The position numbers were made by a program, and so were the translations under genes. Of a DNA stretch of 45,307 nt, positions 27,205 to 37,433 are shown piece by piece. How positions within the stretch are numbered: the first letter of the stretch is position 1; every line of letters starts with the position of its first letter. The stretch spans positions 1 to 45,307 of IMG/VR virus record IMGVR_UViG_3300023213_000009; one strand, written 5' to 3'. A model generated the notes under the pieces. That model ran no database searches. It had not been told where the DNA came from and saw nothing but the letters and a program-made list of their open reading frames with translations. The stretch comes from a virus. Taxonomy: Duplodnaviria; Caudoviricetes.

Positions 27205-28455
27205 TTAATATCCTGCAGGAACTGCAAGGTTATCAATGTATGCAACAGCGGCTGGATTCATCAAGAACGTCTGGAATCCAACTACCATATAAAAAATATC
27301 AGCCGTAGCTACACCGCCGCTTGGTCCACGTAATTCAAAGATTCTACGACCATCAGATGTATAAAATCCAATGGGAAGAATCTCTGCACGTCCCCAAACG
27401 GAACTAACAACAAAATCGATACGTTTCTTAGACCAGTTAAAGTGTGGACGAATAGGAGCACCAGCAAGCTGCATATTATCGCCAAAATAAAGATTAAGAG
27501 CTTCATCTTTAGGTGCTTTATGGATAATAGAAATTAACTGTCCAATTTCTTCATATGCCTGTGCTTGACATGGATGCGTCCAAGCAACAGGATCAAAATT
27601 ATTATCAATACCAACACGATTACCAATTTTATTTATCGCTAATCTAGGTAATGGTAATGAAAGAGCAGATGCGTTGCCATTTACTCTATTAGCACGTACT
27701 TCAGGAGTAGTTGCACGGTCATATCCTAACCATACACCAGTTGAAGCATTAGAGTGATGATATGGAACACCATACAATCCAGGCAAACCAGTTGGATTAG
27801 TAATACCATCAACAATTAATACATCAGTGCCTGTAGCACCAGTAATAGAAGTAACAGAAATTTGTTTATTTTCGACATCCCATAATGTAATAGGTTGCTT
27901 GCCACGGAATGTAGCTAATGTAGTATCATATACTTGAACAACTTGATCGAATCGAACTAAACGGGCACCAAATTCAGTATCTAATGTATATGTATCAACA
28001 CCACCAGAAACAGATACAGAAGAAATAGTTCCAACTTGACCAGTTCCAGTTCCTTGCATCTGGGCATCAAGTTGTCTCTTAATTTCTACTGTAGCTCCAG
28101 CAGTTAGCCGTCTAACAGCATTAATAACCGATTTACGTCTGTCATCAGTAGACCACTGAGTTAATTTAGTATATTCAATATTTTCTGAGACAAAGACTGG
28201 TCTAACAACGGCTTTATCCCAAGTTGGACCGCCGCCACGTCCCAAATCTCCACCATCAGGATTAAAATATTGAAATCTTCCGCCAGGACGTAATTCTTGA
28301 GGTACTCTCATTTCACGATAACTAACTACTTCGACATCACGTTTCTTAATATTAGCAAAGAAAGTGTCGTCTGACTCAAAAACAGTAGTGACCTTCGGCA
28401 GAACTCTTTCAAGCTCTGTTCCAGCGACTACTGATTCAACTACTGTTCCGGCCAT
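27205..28455 (-). CDS. Major capsid protein (HK97 fold, P22-coat-like)
   Basis: 416 aa after the scaffold, strong SD AAGGAG; LDAQMQGTGTG, GLYGV, C-terminal NPAAVAYIDNL. Confidence 0.85.
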   Translation of the reverse strand: MAGTVVESVVAGTELERVLPKVTTVFESDDTFFANIKKRDVEVVSYREMRVPQELRPGGRFQYFNPDGGDLGRGGGPTWDKAVVRPVFVSENIEYTKLTQWSTDDRRKSVINAVRRLTAGATVEIKRQLDAQMQGTGTGQVGTISSVSVSGGVDTYTLDTEFGARLVRFDQVVQVYDTTLATFRGKQPITLWDVENKQISVTSITGATGTDVLIVDGITNPTGLPGLYGVPYHHSNASTGVWLGYDRATTPEVRANRVNGNASALSLPLPRLAINKIGNRVGIDNNFDPVAWTHPCQAQAYEEIGQLISIIHKAPKDEALNLYFGDNMQLAGAPIRPHFNWSKKRIDFVVSSVWGRAEILPIGFYTSDGRRIFELRGPSGGVATADIFYMVVGFQTFLMNPAAVAYIDNLAVPAGY

Positions 28456-28467
28456 TTATTCTCCTTG

Positions 28468-29721
28468 TTAATCTCTCATAAAAAATTCAGATACAGATTC
28501 ACCTTTTTGCCTCTGATTTTTATTTGTTTTATTTGGCCGAGGCGGAGTGCCAGAAATTCTTCGAGGAGGAGTTCGAACATTTTCTTCCTCTTCAGTTTCA
28601 TCCATTTCTTTCTCGTTTCGAGAGGGTCTTGTGTCTTTTAGAGCTTCAGCTCTAGCTTTCAATATGGCCGATTTTAAATTTCTCTTGGCCTTAGAGAGAT
28701 AGTACGACTGAATTTGACTCAATGAATCTTTGGAGAAATTATCGTCGAATGCGACTCTCCAAAGCTTCTCAAGAGTTTTAACAACTGATTCATCAGCAGC
28801 GATAGAGTGACGAAGATGAGTTAGAGCATCATTAATAGCATTTTTCTTAACATAAGAGGACATATTACCACGAGGATCGATATAACTATCGATAGTTACT
28901 TTCAGTGTATTATCGACTCTAGTTTGTAAATCATCACGACTCCGTTCAAAATCTCTTCGAACATAACTCAGTCTTTCGGCTTCTACCTCAGACTTCTTAT
29001 CTTCTTTGGAACGATCAACTCTATTCTTTGGAGCCGTGAAATCAGAATTTCCAAATACATATTGATTAACTAACAAAGCAGCCGTTTTCATATCTTCATT
29101 TTTAGTTTTTTCTCCTTCTTGCCACATTTCCATAATAAGTCTTTTATTAAGATTACCAACTACATGGAAATAAGCTTTTTCATCAACTTTAGCTAAAGTA
29201 GGAAGATAATCATCTACGATAATATCAAAAGCTCTTTCGTCCGTATCTTTAATTTCCTGAAGCATACTTGCAGTATTACCTTCTAATAATTCTCTTTCTA
29301 AACTATCAAAAGATTCAGCTCGTTCGGCTAATTCTTTAGCATCATCGAAAGAACCAAATAATTCGTTGTATTGTCTATCTCGATAAAGCATTTTCTCAAG
29401 AAATGGAAACGTTTTAAATATATCAGGATATTTAGCAAGTATTTCTCTTTTCTTAGGAGGTGCACCAACTTCTATATCTTCATCTTCAGTTAAATTTAAT
29501 TTTTCAACTTCTTCCTCAGGTTCTTTTAATTCAAGTTCATCTTCTTCTGGTTCAGTTATTTCTTCTTCATCTTCATCAGGTTCTTTAGTTTTAGGAAGTT
29601 CTTTATTTTTAGGTTCAGGAACTACTTCATCAGGAGCATTAAAAATATCAAGAACATCATCAGGAGTAGGACTCTTACTAGGAGTTAATTTATCTCCAGC
29701 ATTACTAAGCGTTGGGGGCAT
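28468..29721 (-). CDS. Capsid scaffolding protein
   Basis: Acidic Glu/Pro-rich N-terminus and coiled coils; between portal and MCP. Confidence 0.7.
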   Translation of the reverse strand: MPPTLSNAGDKLTPSKSPTPDDVLDIFNAPDEVVPEPKNKELPKTKEPDEDEEEITEPEEDELELKEPEEEVEKLNLTEDEDIEVGAPPKKREILAKYPDIFKTFPFLEKMLYRDRQYNELFGSFDDAKELAERAESFDSLERELLEGNTASMLQEIKDTDERAFDIIVDDYLPTLAKVDEKAYFHVVGNLNKRLIMEMWQEGEKTKNEDMKTAALLVNQYVFGNSDFTAPKNRVDRSKEDKKSEVEAERLSYVRRDFERSRDDLQTRVDNTLKVTIDSYIDPRGNMSSYVKKNAINDALTHLRHSIAADESVVKTLEKLWRVAFDDNFSKDSLSQIQSYYLSKAKRNLKSAILKARAEALKDTRPSRNEKEMDETEEEENVRTPPRRISGTPPRPNKTNKNQRQKGESVSEFFMRD

Positions 29722-32098
29722 TCATGGCTCCATTTGGTTTTTTAGGTGGTGCTCCTGCTCTTTTAGGAGCTTTAGCCTCACCTAAAGGTGATTTTCTGAC
29801 ATCCTTAGAGGTTGCCAGAGTTAATTGATCATCATGCATTCTTTGTGCAGCAATACCTTTCTGTAATTCAGCTAGGTGAGCTTTCATATGCAATAATACA
29901 TTTTTATATCCTTGTGGATTTTCTCTCTTAGCCATTCTACCAGCAAGACTAATTAACCAAGATTTACAAATAGCAGCTTCTACAGAATGATTATCTACGT
30001 CAACATCAATCTCCACAGAAGAATTCTCTTGTGGAGGTGGAACTTGTTGGCCGCTTTGTGCTGCTGCCTTAAATGCTGCAACGGCATTAGGATCAGGAGG
30101 AGTTGGTTGAGAATTAATAAGTTCAGTGATTTCTTCATATTGTTTCTCTCTATCATCCTGTCCAGGTAACTTGAATTGTGGAATCTTAGTAATCTTACTA
30201 ATATATGGTAAATTATCTGGATCAAGTAGAGCTTGTGTAATTTCTTGTTGATTCAAATTAAATAATTGCATAATCATATCTGCCTGTTGTTCATCCGTAA
30301 CAGGCATTCTGTCATCAGGTTCTAATTCAATATCTCCAATCTTTCCACCCATTTCAGCTTTCCTAATAAACACATTAATGAAATTACCTTGATCGTCTTT
30401 TTTAACAACTCGTTCATCTTCAACCATACATTTCATATACATTGGAATAGCTTTTGCAAAAATCTTTTTCCACCATACAGTCATCATTCTCCAAGGAGTT
30501 TGTAATCTCTGTAAAGCCATACCTTTAGAAGTTGTATATTCAGCAGCCGTTCGACTACTACCAGCAGGTAATTGACCACCAAATATCGAAGGCAAAGCAC
30601 CTGATACGAATTGACCTAATTCTTGTAAAATCTTATAAAATTGTATTACTTCTGGAGCTAATCTTGCTAATTGAATACTATAGAACGAATCGGCTAGACC
30701 TCTTGAACCAGGAACAGGTTTAGTTGGAGTTAAAGTTCCTGGTGTAGCCTCAATTTGTTTTTGTGCAGCAAAATTAACAACTTGAGGATCGGCAAATGTC
30801 TGAGCAATTCCATGCTCAATTGTTTGAACTGTCAAAGAAACAAGATCATTTGTTAAATCTTGAATATTAGTTAGTAATTCTCCAAGAGGGTCACTGGTAG
30901 TAAAATCTGACATTGGATTACAAGTTAATGTCCAATGATCATCTAAAGCTTCATTACAATACTCAGCACAAATAGTATTTGCAAGAACTACCTTAGCTCC
31001 ATCTGGAAATCTCTTTTTTAGTTTTTTACAGTCTTCATCAGGTAATACGTTGAATGCGGCTGGACGTAACCAGTAATTATTAACTGTTACTTGTTCATCA
31101 GGAAATTCTCCACGATATTGAGTATTTAATCTTCCATACTGTTCATATGGATCATTGACACCAATATTAGCCCATCCACCCTGAGGTAATGTTTCTCGTA
31201 GTTTTTTATACATTTCAAGTATGTTAGAATAATGAGTTTCATAGCCGTATCGTAGATAAGGAGTATCACTCTGTTTCTTAGCATAGTTAGCAATTTTAAT
31301 ATATAATCCGCCGTAGACTTCTAGACAAATTCTAGATTTTGGTTTCTTCGTTGTTCCAACAAAACGAGGAATGATGAGTTTAGTTTTTTGGAGTTCAGGA
31401 TCGAGTTGTATCCCGCACTCCAAACAAATTGGGCCTTTCTCTTTTATTTCATTATGAATATCAACATCATCTTCACCTGGATCATATTCATCCATTTCAT
31501 CTGCGCTAAATTCTTCATCAGGAACTCTAGCACCGCAATGAGGACAGGCATATCCTTGTATTTCTTCATCTTGAAATTTAGGTTCTTCATAAGTTCCATA
31601 TTCTTCATTTTCATGTTTATATGTATAACAAGCAATTGGACTTTCTGTACAATAGATATAAAGAGCATGTAACCACAAAAGTATTACATCATTATGTTTA
31701 TAGATTAAATCGGCTATTTCATCACCGGCTGCGGCTGTTTGTTGGTCTAATGGATTATCAGCATCATCAGGAACGCAATCAATAGCTGGAATTTGTATTG
31801 ATAAAGCAGCAATAATAGTTTCAAGAAAAGCTCTAAATACGTTTACTGGCTTATCATAATAATCTTGATCTTGGTCGGTTACGTTAATATCTCTATTCCA
31901 AATTTTATAGTCATGAGCCGATTCTGACCAATAAATTTGTGAGAAATTATTCCAGTAAAGTTTTAGTCTTCTAAAATGTCTAATTTGTCTCTCACGAGTC
32001 ATTCTATCTTCTAGCTCAAAATGGTCAGCTACAGTTTTAAGTAAAATAGCATACTCATCATCTGCGTCAGGATAAACTACTTTATTTTTGTCGTGCAA
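29705..32098 (-). CDS. Portal protein (P22-like) with Zn-ribbon insertion
   Basis: 797 aa between terminase and scaffold; VNVF, QFVSGALPSIFGG, DVDNHSVE patterns; CPHCG...CLECG insertion. Confidence 0.8.
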   Translation of the reverse strand: MHDKNKVVYPDADDEYAILLKTVADHFELEDRMTRERQIRHFRRLKLYWNNFSQIYWSESAHDYKIWNRDINVTDQDQDYYDKPVNVFRAFLETIIAALSIQIPAIDCVPDDADNPLDQQTAAAGDEIADLIYKHNDVILLWLHALYIYCTESPIACYTYKHENEEYGTYEEPKFQDEEIQGYACPHCGARVPDEEFSADEMDEYDPGEDDVDIHNEIKEKGPICLECGIQLDPELQKTKLIIPRFVGTTKKPKSRICLEVYGGLYIKIANYAKKQSDTPYLRYGYETHYSNILEMYKKLRETLPQGGWANIGVNDPYEQYGRLNTQYRGEFPDEQVTVNNYWLRPAAFNVLPDEDCKKLKKRFPDGAKVVLANTICAEYCNEALDDHWTLTCNPMSDFTTSDPLGELLTNIQDLTNDLVSLTVQTIEHGIAQTFADPQVVNFAAQKQIEATPGTLTPTKPVPGSRGLADSFYSIQLARLAPEVIQFYKILQELGQFVSGALPSIFGGQLPAGSSRTAAEYTTSKGMALQRLQTPWRMMTVWWKKIFAKAIPMYMKCMVEDERVVKKDDQGNFINVFIRKAEMGGKIGDIELEPDDRMPVTDEQQADMIMQLFNLNQQEITQALLDPDNLPYISKITKIPQFKLPGQDDREKQYEEITELINSQPTPPDPNAVAAFKAAAQSGQQVPPPQENSSVEIDVDVDNHSVEAAICKSWLISLAGRMAKRENPQGYKNVLLHMKAHLAELQKGIAAQRMHDDQLTLATSKDVRKSPLGEAKAPKRAGAPPKKPNGAMNAPNA

Positions 32099-32341
32099 TT
32101 ACTTCCTCTTTTTCTTTTTAGCATACTCCATCATTTCATCTTCACCTTCTTCACTCATTCCTATTCCACCATCATGATGACTATGATGTGATTGATATTC
32201 TTTTTTACCTCCTTTAGCAGCTCTTTTCTCACTCATCATAATAGCAATAGCTTGTTTACGACTCTTAACTAATTTACCGTGTTTACTTCCAGAATGAAGC
32301 ATACCATGCTTAAATTTATGCATCACTTCTTCAGCAGGCAT
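32099..32341 (-). CDS. DUF6496-like small basic protein
   Basis: VMHKFKHGMLHSGSK...VKSRKQAIAIMMSE. Confidence 0.75.
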   Translation of the reverse strand: MPAEEVMHKFKHGMLHSGSKHGKLVKSRKQAIAIMMSEKRAAKGGKKEYQSHHSHHDGGIGMSEEGEDEMMEYAKKKKRK

Positions 32342-32685
32342 TAGCTAAACAACTTCTTTCTAAATGGAGTTCTCTTCTTGTTCATATCATGAGTTACAGA
32401 AAAATGTTTTGTACTACCACCCATCATTCTATCAAATTCTTCAACACTAGGCCCAATCATATGAGGCATTCTGGGCATACGTGATCCTGATTTACTTCCT
32501 CGAAATTTTCGTCCAATAGAAAAGCTCATACCATGTCTACCAAATTTATTTCCAAATAATCTTTTTTCGGTCATTTCTTGTTTACTATGTTTAACTTTAC
32601 CATTTTTTAAAAACCCAGTTCTTTCATGTCTTGGCAAATCAAACTTATCGCTAGCCGTTAACGACGAAGATGACCAGAAAGACAT
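32341..32685 (-). CDS. Small highly basic protein
   Basis: Lys/Arg/Met-rich; TAATG coupled to the next gene. Confidence 0.65.
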   Translation of the reverse strand: MSFWSSSSLTASDKFDLPRHERTGFLKNGKVKHSKQEMTEKRLFGNKFGRHGMSFSIGRKFRGSKSGSRMPRMPHMIGPSVEEFDRMMGGSTKHFSVTHDMNKKRTPFRKKLFS

Positions 32686-32687
32686 AA

Positions 32688-32930
32688 TTATGAAATAACC
32701 ATACTATGCTGCGGGACGGCTTGTCCTCCAACAGCAGTGTATGTAAAAGTTGCCACAGCATATAAACTAAAATAAAAAGAACCTTGCACGTTATCTACAA
32801 CATTAATCATTCCTTTAGCGTAATCTAAGCCTACAAATAAAACTTGATTGTATACCTTAGCTATACTATTGCCATTAATATCTTTCGTAGTGATATTAAC
32901 GATTCCTGCCATCCGTGGAGAAAGTGCCAT
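32688..32930 (-). CDS. Small beta-rich protein (possible paralogue of 32933..33163)
   Basis: Similar size and pattern to its neighbour (LDYAKGMINVV vs VDFLRNLLKII; ATFTYT vs ATVTWT). Confidence 0.65.
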   Translation of the reverse strand: MALSPRMAGIVNITTKDINGNSIAKVYNQVLFVGLDYAKGMINVVDNVQGSFYFSLYAVATFTYTAVGGQAVPQHSMVIS

Positions 32931-32932
32931 TT

Positions 32933-33163
32933 TTAAGCAAAAGTGATTGTAGTAACACCACTAGCAATAGTCCATGTAACAGTAGCAGCAGCATCGTATG
33001 CACAAATAAGAGTTCCACCTGCACCTGATCTGATAATTTTTAACAAGTTACGAAGAAAATCTACTTGAACTTCATTAACATCAGTAAATTTCAATGAAGA
33101 AAGAGCTTGTCCCGGTCCTGTTGGATAGGACGTAGTCACTGTTGCTGGAGCAGCATTCGCCAT
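32933..33163 (-). CDS. Small beta-rich protein
   Basis: SD GAGGT; in operon. Confidence 0.65.
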   Translation of the reverse strand: MANAAPATVTTSYPTGPGQALSSLKFTDVNEVQVDFLRNLLKIIRSGAGGTLICAYDAAATVTWTIASGVTTITFA

Positions 33164-33531
33164 TAGCTTACCTCTTCTGGTTGTTCTTCGACGCCAAGTT
33201 CTTTTTCTAAAGTTTCTATTTCTTTAGCCGTTTGCTGACTATCTGGTTCTTTAACAAATCTTTTTTCACCTAATATCTTAGCATTTGCTCTTTCTAAAGC
33301 TTCTAATGCAGCTCTTCTACGAGTAAATGTAGTAGCACCCATTGGTATTTGCGTAAGCATTTGTGGAGGTTGTTCTACAATAGGAGGTTTAGGATGAACA
33401 ATTTCTACTAATGTATTTATTAGTTGTTGCTTTTCGGCTCGTTCAAATTCAAGTTGCTGTTTTAGTGTCTCACAGCTTTTGCATTGTTCAAAATCTTTAA
33501 TGCCGAAAAAACGAAGAAAAAGTCGAATCAA
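33163..33531 (-). CDS. Hypothetical coiled-coil protein
   Basis: CKSCETLKQQLEFER; overlaps the terL stop. Confidence 0.7.
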   Translation of the reverse strand: MIRLFLRFFGIKDFEQCKSCETLKQQLEFERAEKQQLINTLVEIVHPKPPIVEQPPQMLTQIPMGATTFTRRRAALEALERANAKILGEKRFVKEPDSQQTAKEIETLEKELGVEEQPEEVS

Positions 33532-35225
33532 TGAATTCTCCTTCGAGCGAATCTAGAATGTCTAGAAAGAGGAATGCATTCCCCAAGCGAAGCTTGATCT
33601 TCACGTTCAATACGTTCCATCTGCCTATAATAAGCAGTCATATCATTATCTGTTCTTAATCTATCTGTAATAGCCTGAATCTTTTCAATTTGAGATAGAT
33701 TACCAATCTCCCCTAATGTAAACTTCCTAGCCGCTTTGCAGAAATATCTGAGACAATCAATCGGATCATCACCTTCAAATTCGGCTATATCTTCAATTTT
33801 CTTGTCATCATAAATGCACATTGGAATGGTATCTGTTAGAATTTTACAAGTATCAAATATTTGAAGTATTGGAATATTCTTTTCTTCAGGTTCGTCGTAG
33901 AATTGCTTTCTATACTCCTCAGCGGCTTCCGATCCCATTCTTCTATATATTTCTTGAGCTTTAACCATGTCATAATATAATTCTTTACTTTGAATAATAG
34001 TTTTCTTTTCCCATCTAAGAAATTCATGTATTAATTGAAGGCCGGCAATTCTAGAACCGGGTGTGTTCTCTGAACTACTTGCTGCAAGATCCGAATATTT
34101 CTGAAACTCACTAACAATAGTTTCACCACCTCTATTCTGCCATGCAGAAGCGCATAATACAACATACGCTGGTAATTCACTGAACTCGCTATGAATGCTT
34201 CTGATTTCGGAAGCCCAATATGGGATATCTCTGCCATGCCAAGCCCGCTCTCTGTAAATATAAACTCTACGATCTGGTGCAACAGCGCCCCACATTGCAT
34301 AACACATTGCTCGCTTGCCCCAGTCAATAGACAATATTCTTGGCCACCAGCTCGGTATGTCAAATCGTGGAATAACATGCAATGCATAATCCGGCTCACC
34401 ATTGAATCGCATTGGTCTAAATGTTGTAAATACGCTTCCTTTGAATGCATGCCAATCTCCATATCTTTTTGCCTTATATTCTGCCTCAGAGACTTCTTTT
34501 AAGATTTCAAGTTTCTTAACATATAATGGATCATACTCCATTCCATATGGATTGTCTTCTGCCTTGGCAGGAATAAAGATTCTAAGCAATCCGGTTGATA
34601 CATCTCGTATAATTTTTCTGCCATCTTCACACGGTCTGACAAATCTATCATATACAAATGTTTGACCAATTCCGCCAGGATTGCTTCCATTGCGAACAAT
34701 GGCGATGTTGAAACTTGACGAAGGACGAATACGAGAACCAACCATATAATGATATGGATAACTTGAGAAATGTGTTAATTCATCGAAAGCGCAGTAATTA
34801 TATTGGGATGAGTCGTACATGGATATATCTGAGTCATGTTGTACGTGTCCAAAATCCTGATAAGAATTAAATTCAGGCCATTCCCATGTATGTTTCTGAT
34901 CATTATATTTCGCTCCGGTTTTAGGGTAATACTCTCTCGACAAGCGTATAATTTCTCTTTCGAGGTCTGGGAATTTTCTCCTGAAAATAATTCCTTTGTA
35001 TCCTCTAAATTTGTAGAATCCTCGAAATAAAGGTAATAGTGTGAGAATCCAGGATTTACCGCCATACGCCGCCCCTCCATACAATGCTTCAAATATCGCA
35101 TCTGGTAATTTAATAAGTTCTTCTTGTACATCATGAGGCTTTATGTTTTTCTCACGGATAAAGTCATCATATAAGCCGTTTCCTGGATCTTCGGAAACAA
35201 TTCCATTAGTTAATGAGATGGGCAT
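33528..35225 (-). CDS. terL: Terminase large subunit
   Basis: Walker A YGGAAYGGKS, Walker B AFDELTHF, SNPGG coupling motif, nuclease SIDWG and DDPIDCLRY. Confidence 0.95.
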   Translation of the reverse strand: MPISLTNGIVSEDPGNGLYDDFIREKNIKPHDVQEELIKLPDAIFEALYGGAAYGGKSWILTLLPLFRGFYKFRGYKGIIFRRKFPDLEREIIRLSREYYPKTGAKYNDQKHTWEWPEFNSYQDFGHVQHDSDISMYDSSQYNYCAFDELTHFSSYPYHYMVGSRIRPSSSFNIAIVRNGSNPGGIGQTFVYDRFVRPCEDGRKIIRDVSTGLLRIFIPAKAEDNPYGMEYDPLYVKKLEILKEVSEAEYKAKRYGDWHAFKGSVFTTFRPMRFNGEPDYALHVIPRFDIPSWWPRILSIDWGKRAMCYAMWGAVAPDRRVYIYRERAWHGRDIPYWASEIRSIHSEFSELPAYVVLCASAWQNRGGETIVSEFQKYSDLAASSSENTPGSRIAGLQLIHEFLRWEKKTIIQSKELYYDMVKAQEIYRRMGSEAAEEYRKQFYDEPEEKNIPILQIFDTCKILTDTIPMCIYDDKKIEDIAEFEGDDPIDCLRYFCKAARKFTLGEIGNLSQIEKIQAITDRLRTDNDMTAYYRQMERIEREDQASLGECIPLSRHSRFARRRIH

Positions 35226-35265
35226 ACTGTTACGTGCAACAAATCTCCGTTAGTAAATAATAATA

Positions 35266-35655
35266 TTACGGCTTGACCTTGAGTGTTGTTGGGGCAAGCG
35301 GTGTTTTTGAAAAAGGGCTTCGAGCACTCTCAGCACTCTCCAGTGTTCCTGCTAAAGATGTTAATGTTCCCTCTAATGCACCATATACTTTAGCAAATAA
35401 AGGACCAGTACCAGGATCTGTCCAAATACATACTTGTCCAACATTATTAATATCATCCCATAGAATCGTATGAACAGCTTGTGTAGCAGGCGGGACTTGA
35501 TTACAAACGGTTGCTGTAGATAGGAAATTATATGGGGGAGTAACGGGAGAAACTGCACCAGCTAAATATTGTCTAAAATTATATGATGTTATTCCTTGTG
35601 CTCTTACCACGTTCGAGCACAAAATAAAAAACGAGACGAAGACGAGTTTTTTCAT
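35266..35655 (-). CDS. Exported protein with Sec signal peptide
   Basis: MKKLVFVSFFILCSNVVRA-Q signal; beta-rich, FN3-like tail AESARS...PLAPTTLKV. Confidence 0.65.
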   Translation of the reverse strand: MKKLVFVSFFILCSNVVRAQGITSYNFRQYLAGAVSPVTPPYNFLSTATVCNQVPPATQAVHTILWDDINNVGQVCIWTDPGTGPLFAKVYGALEGTLTSLAGTLESAESARSPFSKTPLAPTTLKVKP

Positions 35656-35999
35656 TAGAAACTTTTTGCTCCTGTGTACTGAACTGTCACACTTCCGCCA
35701 ACAATATTTGCAGAAATTCTAGCTCTAATAAAATTAATAAGCCCTGTATATTGAACTAACAAATCAGTAGATGCTAAAACAGTAATAGGTGCGGCTAATT
35801 GTGCCCAAGTTCCTCCATCTGTAGGGTCATTAGACGTTTCTACTACAACAGTACCAGATGCTACTCCACCTCCACCTTGTACTTCAATATTATGATTTCT
35901 AAAAGAAGATGGAACAGCTAAAGTAAATCCATTACCAGACGTAGCTTGAAATTGTAAATTAAATGGAACTCCGCTCATTGCAGCTTGTTGCACAGCCAT
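35655..35999 (-). CDS. Small beta-sandwich virion-type protein
   Basis: GTVVVETSND...TWAQL...FIRARIS pattern. Confidence 0.65.
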   Translation of the reverse strand: MAVQQAAMSGVPFNLQFQATSGNGFTLAVPSSFRNHNIEVQGGGGVASGTVVVETSNDPTDGGTWAQLAAPITVLASTDLLVQYTGLINFIRARISANIVGGSVTVQYTGAKSF

Positions 36000-36226
36000 T
36001 ATTTAATTGCTCCAAGAATGACAGGTAGCAAATCTTCTAGAAGTTTAACTAATTCATCAATCAATGTAGGATCAAGCTTAGTTTTAGCAAGTAATTCTTG
36101 TAGCCACTTTCCGGCTAGTTGAGGATTCTTAAGAAGCTCATTCTTGACAAATTCAAGAAGAAGTTGTTCGATTTTGTTCATCTTCTCCTCTTTCTTTTCT
36201 TTTTTCTTCCAGAATTTCCAATTCAA
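35999..36226 (-). CDS. Hypothetical protein
   Basis: Coupled ORF, helical Leu-rich. Confidence 0.6.
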   Translation of the reverse strand: MNWKFWKKKEKKEEKMNKIEQLLLEFVKNELLKNPQLAGKWLQELLAKTKLDPTLIDELVKLLEDLLPVILGAIK

Positions 36227-36570
36227 GGTTTCCTCAGAATCTCAACGGCTATTGATACTATCCATCCTATAACTGCTAAAGTACTAGTAAATATAACAAA
36301 TCTAATTTGTCTTTCATTCTTTTCTATTGCTTCTCTAGAAACGGCATTCATTTCTAAGTTTAAAACTTTCTCTTGAATCTCTGAAACTGATGCAGATACT
36401 TCTATAATTCTAGATGCTTTTCTATCTAATTCATCTACTCTAGTTCTATGCATCTCTAAATTTTTATCTACTCTATCTCGTAACGAATGAACTTCTTGTT
36501 TAATATCTAGAAATAATTCTTTAACAGTGAATACCACACCTTCAAATTCATCCATTTTGTCGTTTTTCAA
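36223..36570 (-). CDS. Coiled-coil protein with C-terminal transmembrane helix (holin/XhlA-like)
   Basis: Heptads followed by FVIFTSTLAVIGWIVSIAVEIL. Confidence 0.5.
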   Translation of the reverse strand: MKNDKMDEFEGVVFTVKELFLDIKQEVHSLRDRVDKNLEMHRTRVDELDRKASRIIEVSASVSEIQEKVLNLEMNAVSREAIEKNERQIRFVIFTSTLAVIGWIVSIAVEILRKP

Positions 36571-37073
36571 GGGGGTGTGGCATCAATTATTTCGTAATCT
36601 TCAATCTTACTTTGTGTGGGTGTATAGAAATGGTAATGAACTTCCCGTCCTTGTCCATTCTTACTCGCCTCAGCTCTCTCTTTGCGAATACCTTCAACAA
36701 CTCTAGATGCAGTGGCTACAACAGCCGAAAGCTTATCAGCTTTAATATCATCTACCTTTGCCGAAAGGATATCAAGAGACTTAGTAAGAAGATCAAGAGA
36801 CTTATTATGAACAGAAGCAAGCTTAATTTGAGACTCATGATTTTCTATGAGATTGTCTAAAGTAGCAACTTTAGATAAATCATCCTTATGTGGCGGTGTT
36901 TCTGTCTTTTGTGTATTCTGCTCATTTTCATTCTTAGATGAATGCGGCTTTCCTATTCCGAATAAACTCATAGCAGCGCTCACTCTGTTCGCACCATTAT
37001 TTTCATTTAATTTATTAATTAGATTGAAAGGAGAATTCAATCTTTTATTTACTTCTAAATCACTCAATAACAT
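36567..37073 (-). CDS. First gene of late operon; putative terminase small subunit
   Basis: Position upstream of terL; helical core with a beta-strand C-terminus; SD GGAGAGGT. No diagnostic motif. Confidence 0.5.
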   Translation of the reverse strand: MLLSDLEVNKRLNSPFNLINKLNENNGANRVSAAMSLFGIGKPHSSKNENEQNTQKTETPPHKDDLSKVATLDNLIENHESQIKLASVHNKSLDLLTKSLDILSAKVDDIKADKLSAVVATASRVVEGIRKERAEASKNGQGREVHYHFYTPTQSKIEDYEIIDATPP

Positions 37074-37093
37074 ACACCTCTCCCTCGCTTGCT

Positions 37094-37122
37094 AGCTTAC
37101 CACGGTCGCTGCCGGCTGTCAA
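37094..37122 (-). promoter_or_regulatory. Sigma70-type promoter of the morphogenesis operon
   Basis: TTGACA-17 nt-TAAGCT on the - strand, TG extended -10, A-rich upstream. Confidence 0.8.
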
Positions 37123-37300
37123 TAGGGTTTTTCTTAACATTTTCGTGAATTTGAGCATTTCGGTTCCTGAAAAATTCAGACAAAATAGGTTTCTGTTATT
37201 TTTTATTTTTTTATTGAAAGTTTTAATAATTTGTGAGAATTTTTATTTTTTGTTTTGAATGAGAATTTTAATAATAAATAATTAATAATAAATAATTAGT
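37123..37300. other. Very AT-rich T-tract region (UP elements, bent DNA or candidate packaging site)
   Basis: Runs of T, with TGAGAATTTT x2 and TAATAATAAATAATT x2, between divergent promoters. Confidence 0.5.
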
Positions 37301-37385
37301 GAGAGTGGATGCTTCCGCACAGTTCCGACGCAAAAACAAATCTACTAATGGTGGGGTGTAGGGTATGGCTCACTAGGTATTGTGG

Positions 37386-37414
37386 TTGACTTAACAAAGG
37401 AAAAATGTTAAGCT
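37386..37414 (+). promoter_or_regulatory. Sigma70-type promoter for 37434..37700
   Basis: TTGACT-17 nt-TAAGCT with TG extension; SD GAGGT follows. Confidence 0.7.
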
Positions 37415-37433
37415 TTTTACGAGGTAAACAAAT

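Noticed and set aside
33528-35225. Intein or intron in terminase, polymerase or helicase
   Set aside because: Lengths are normal, and there are no intein splice or LAGLIDADG motifs. Only a short helical insertion is seen in the TerL nuclease domain.
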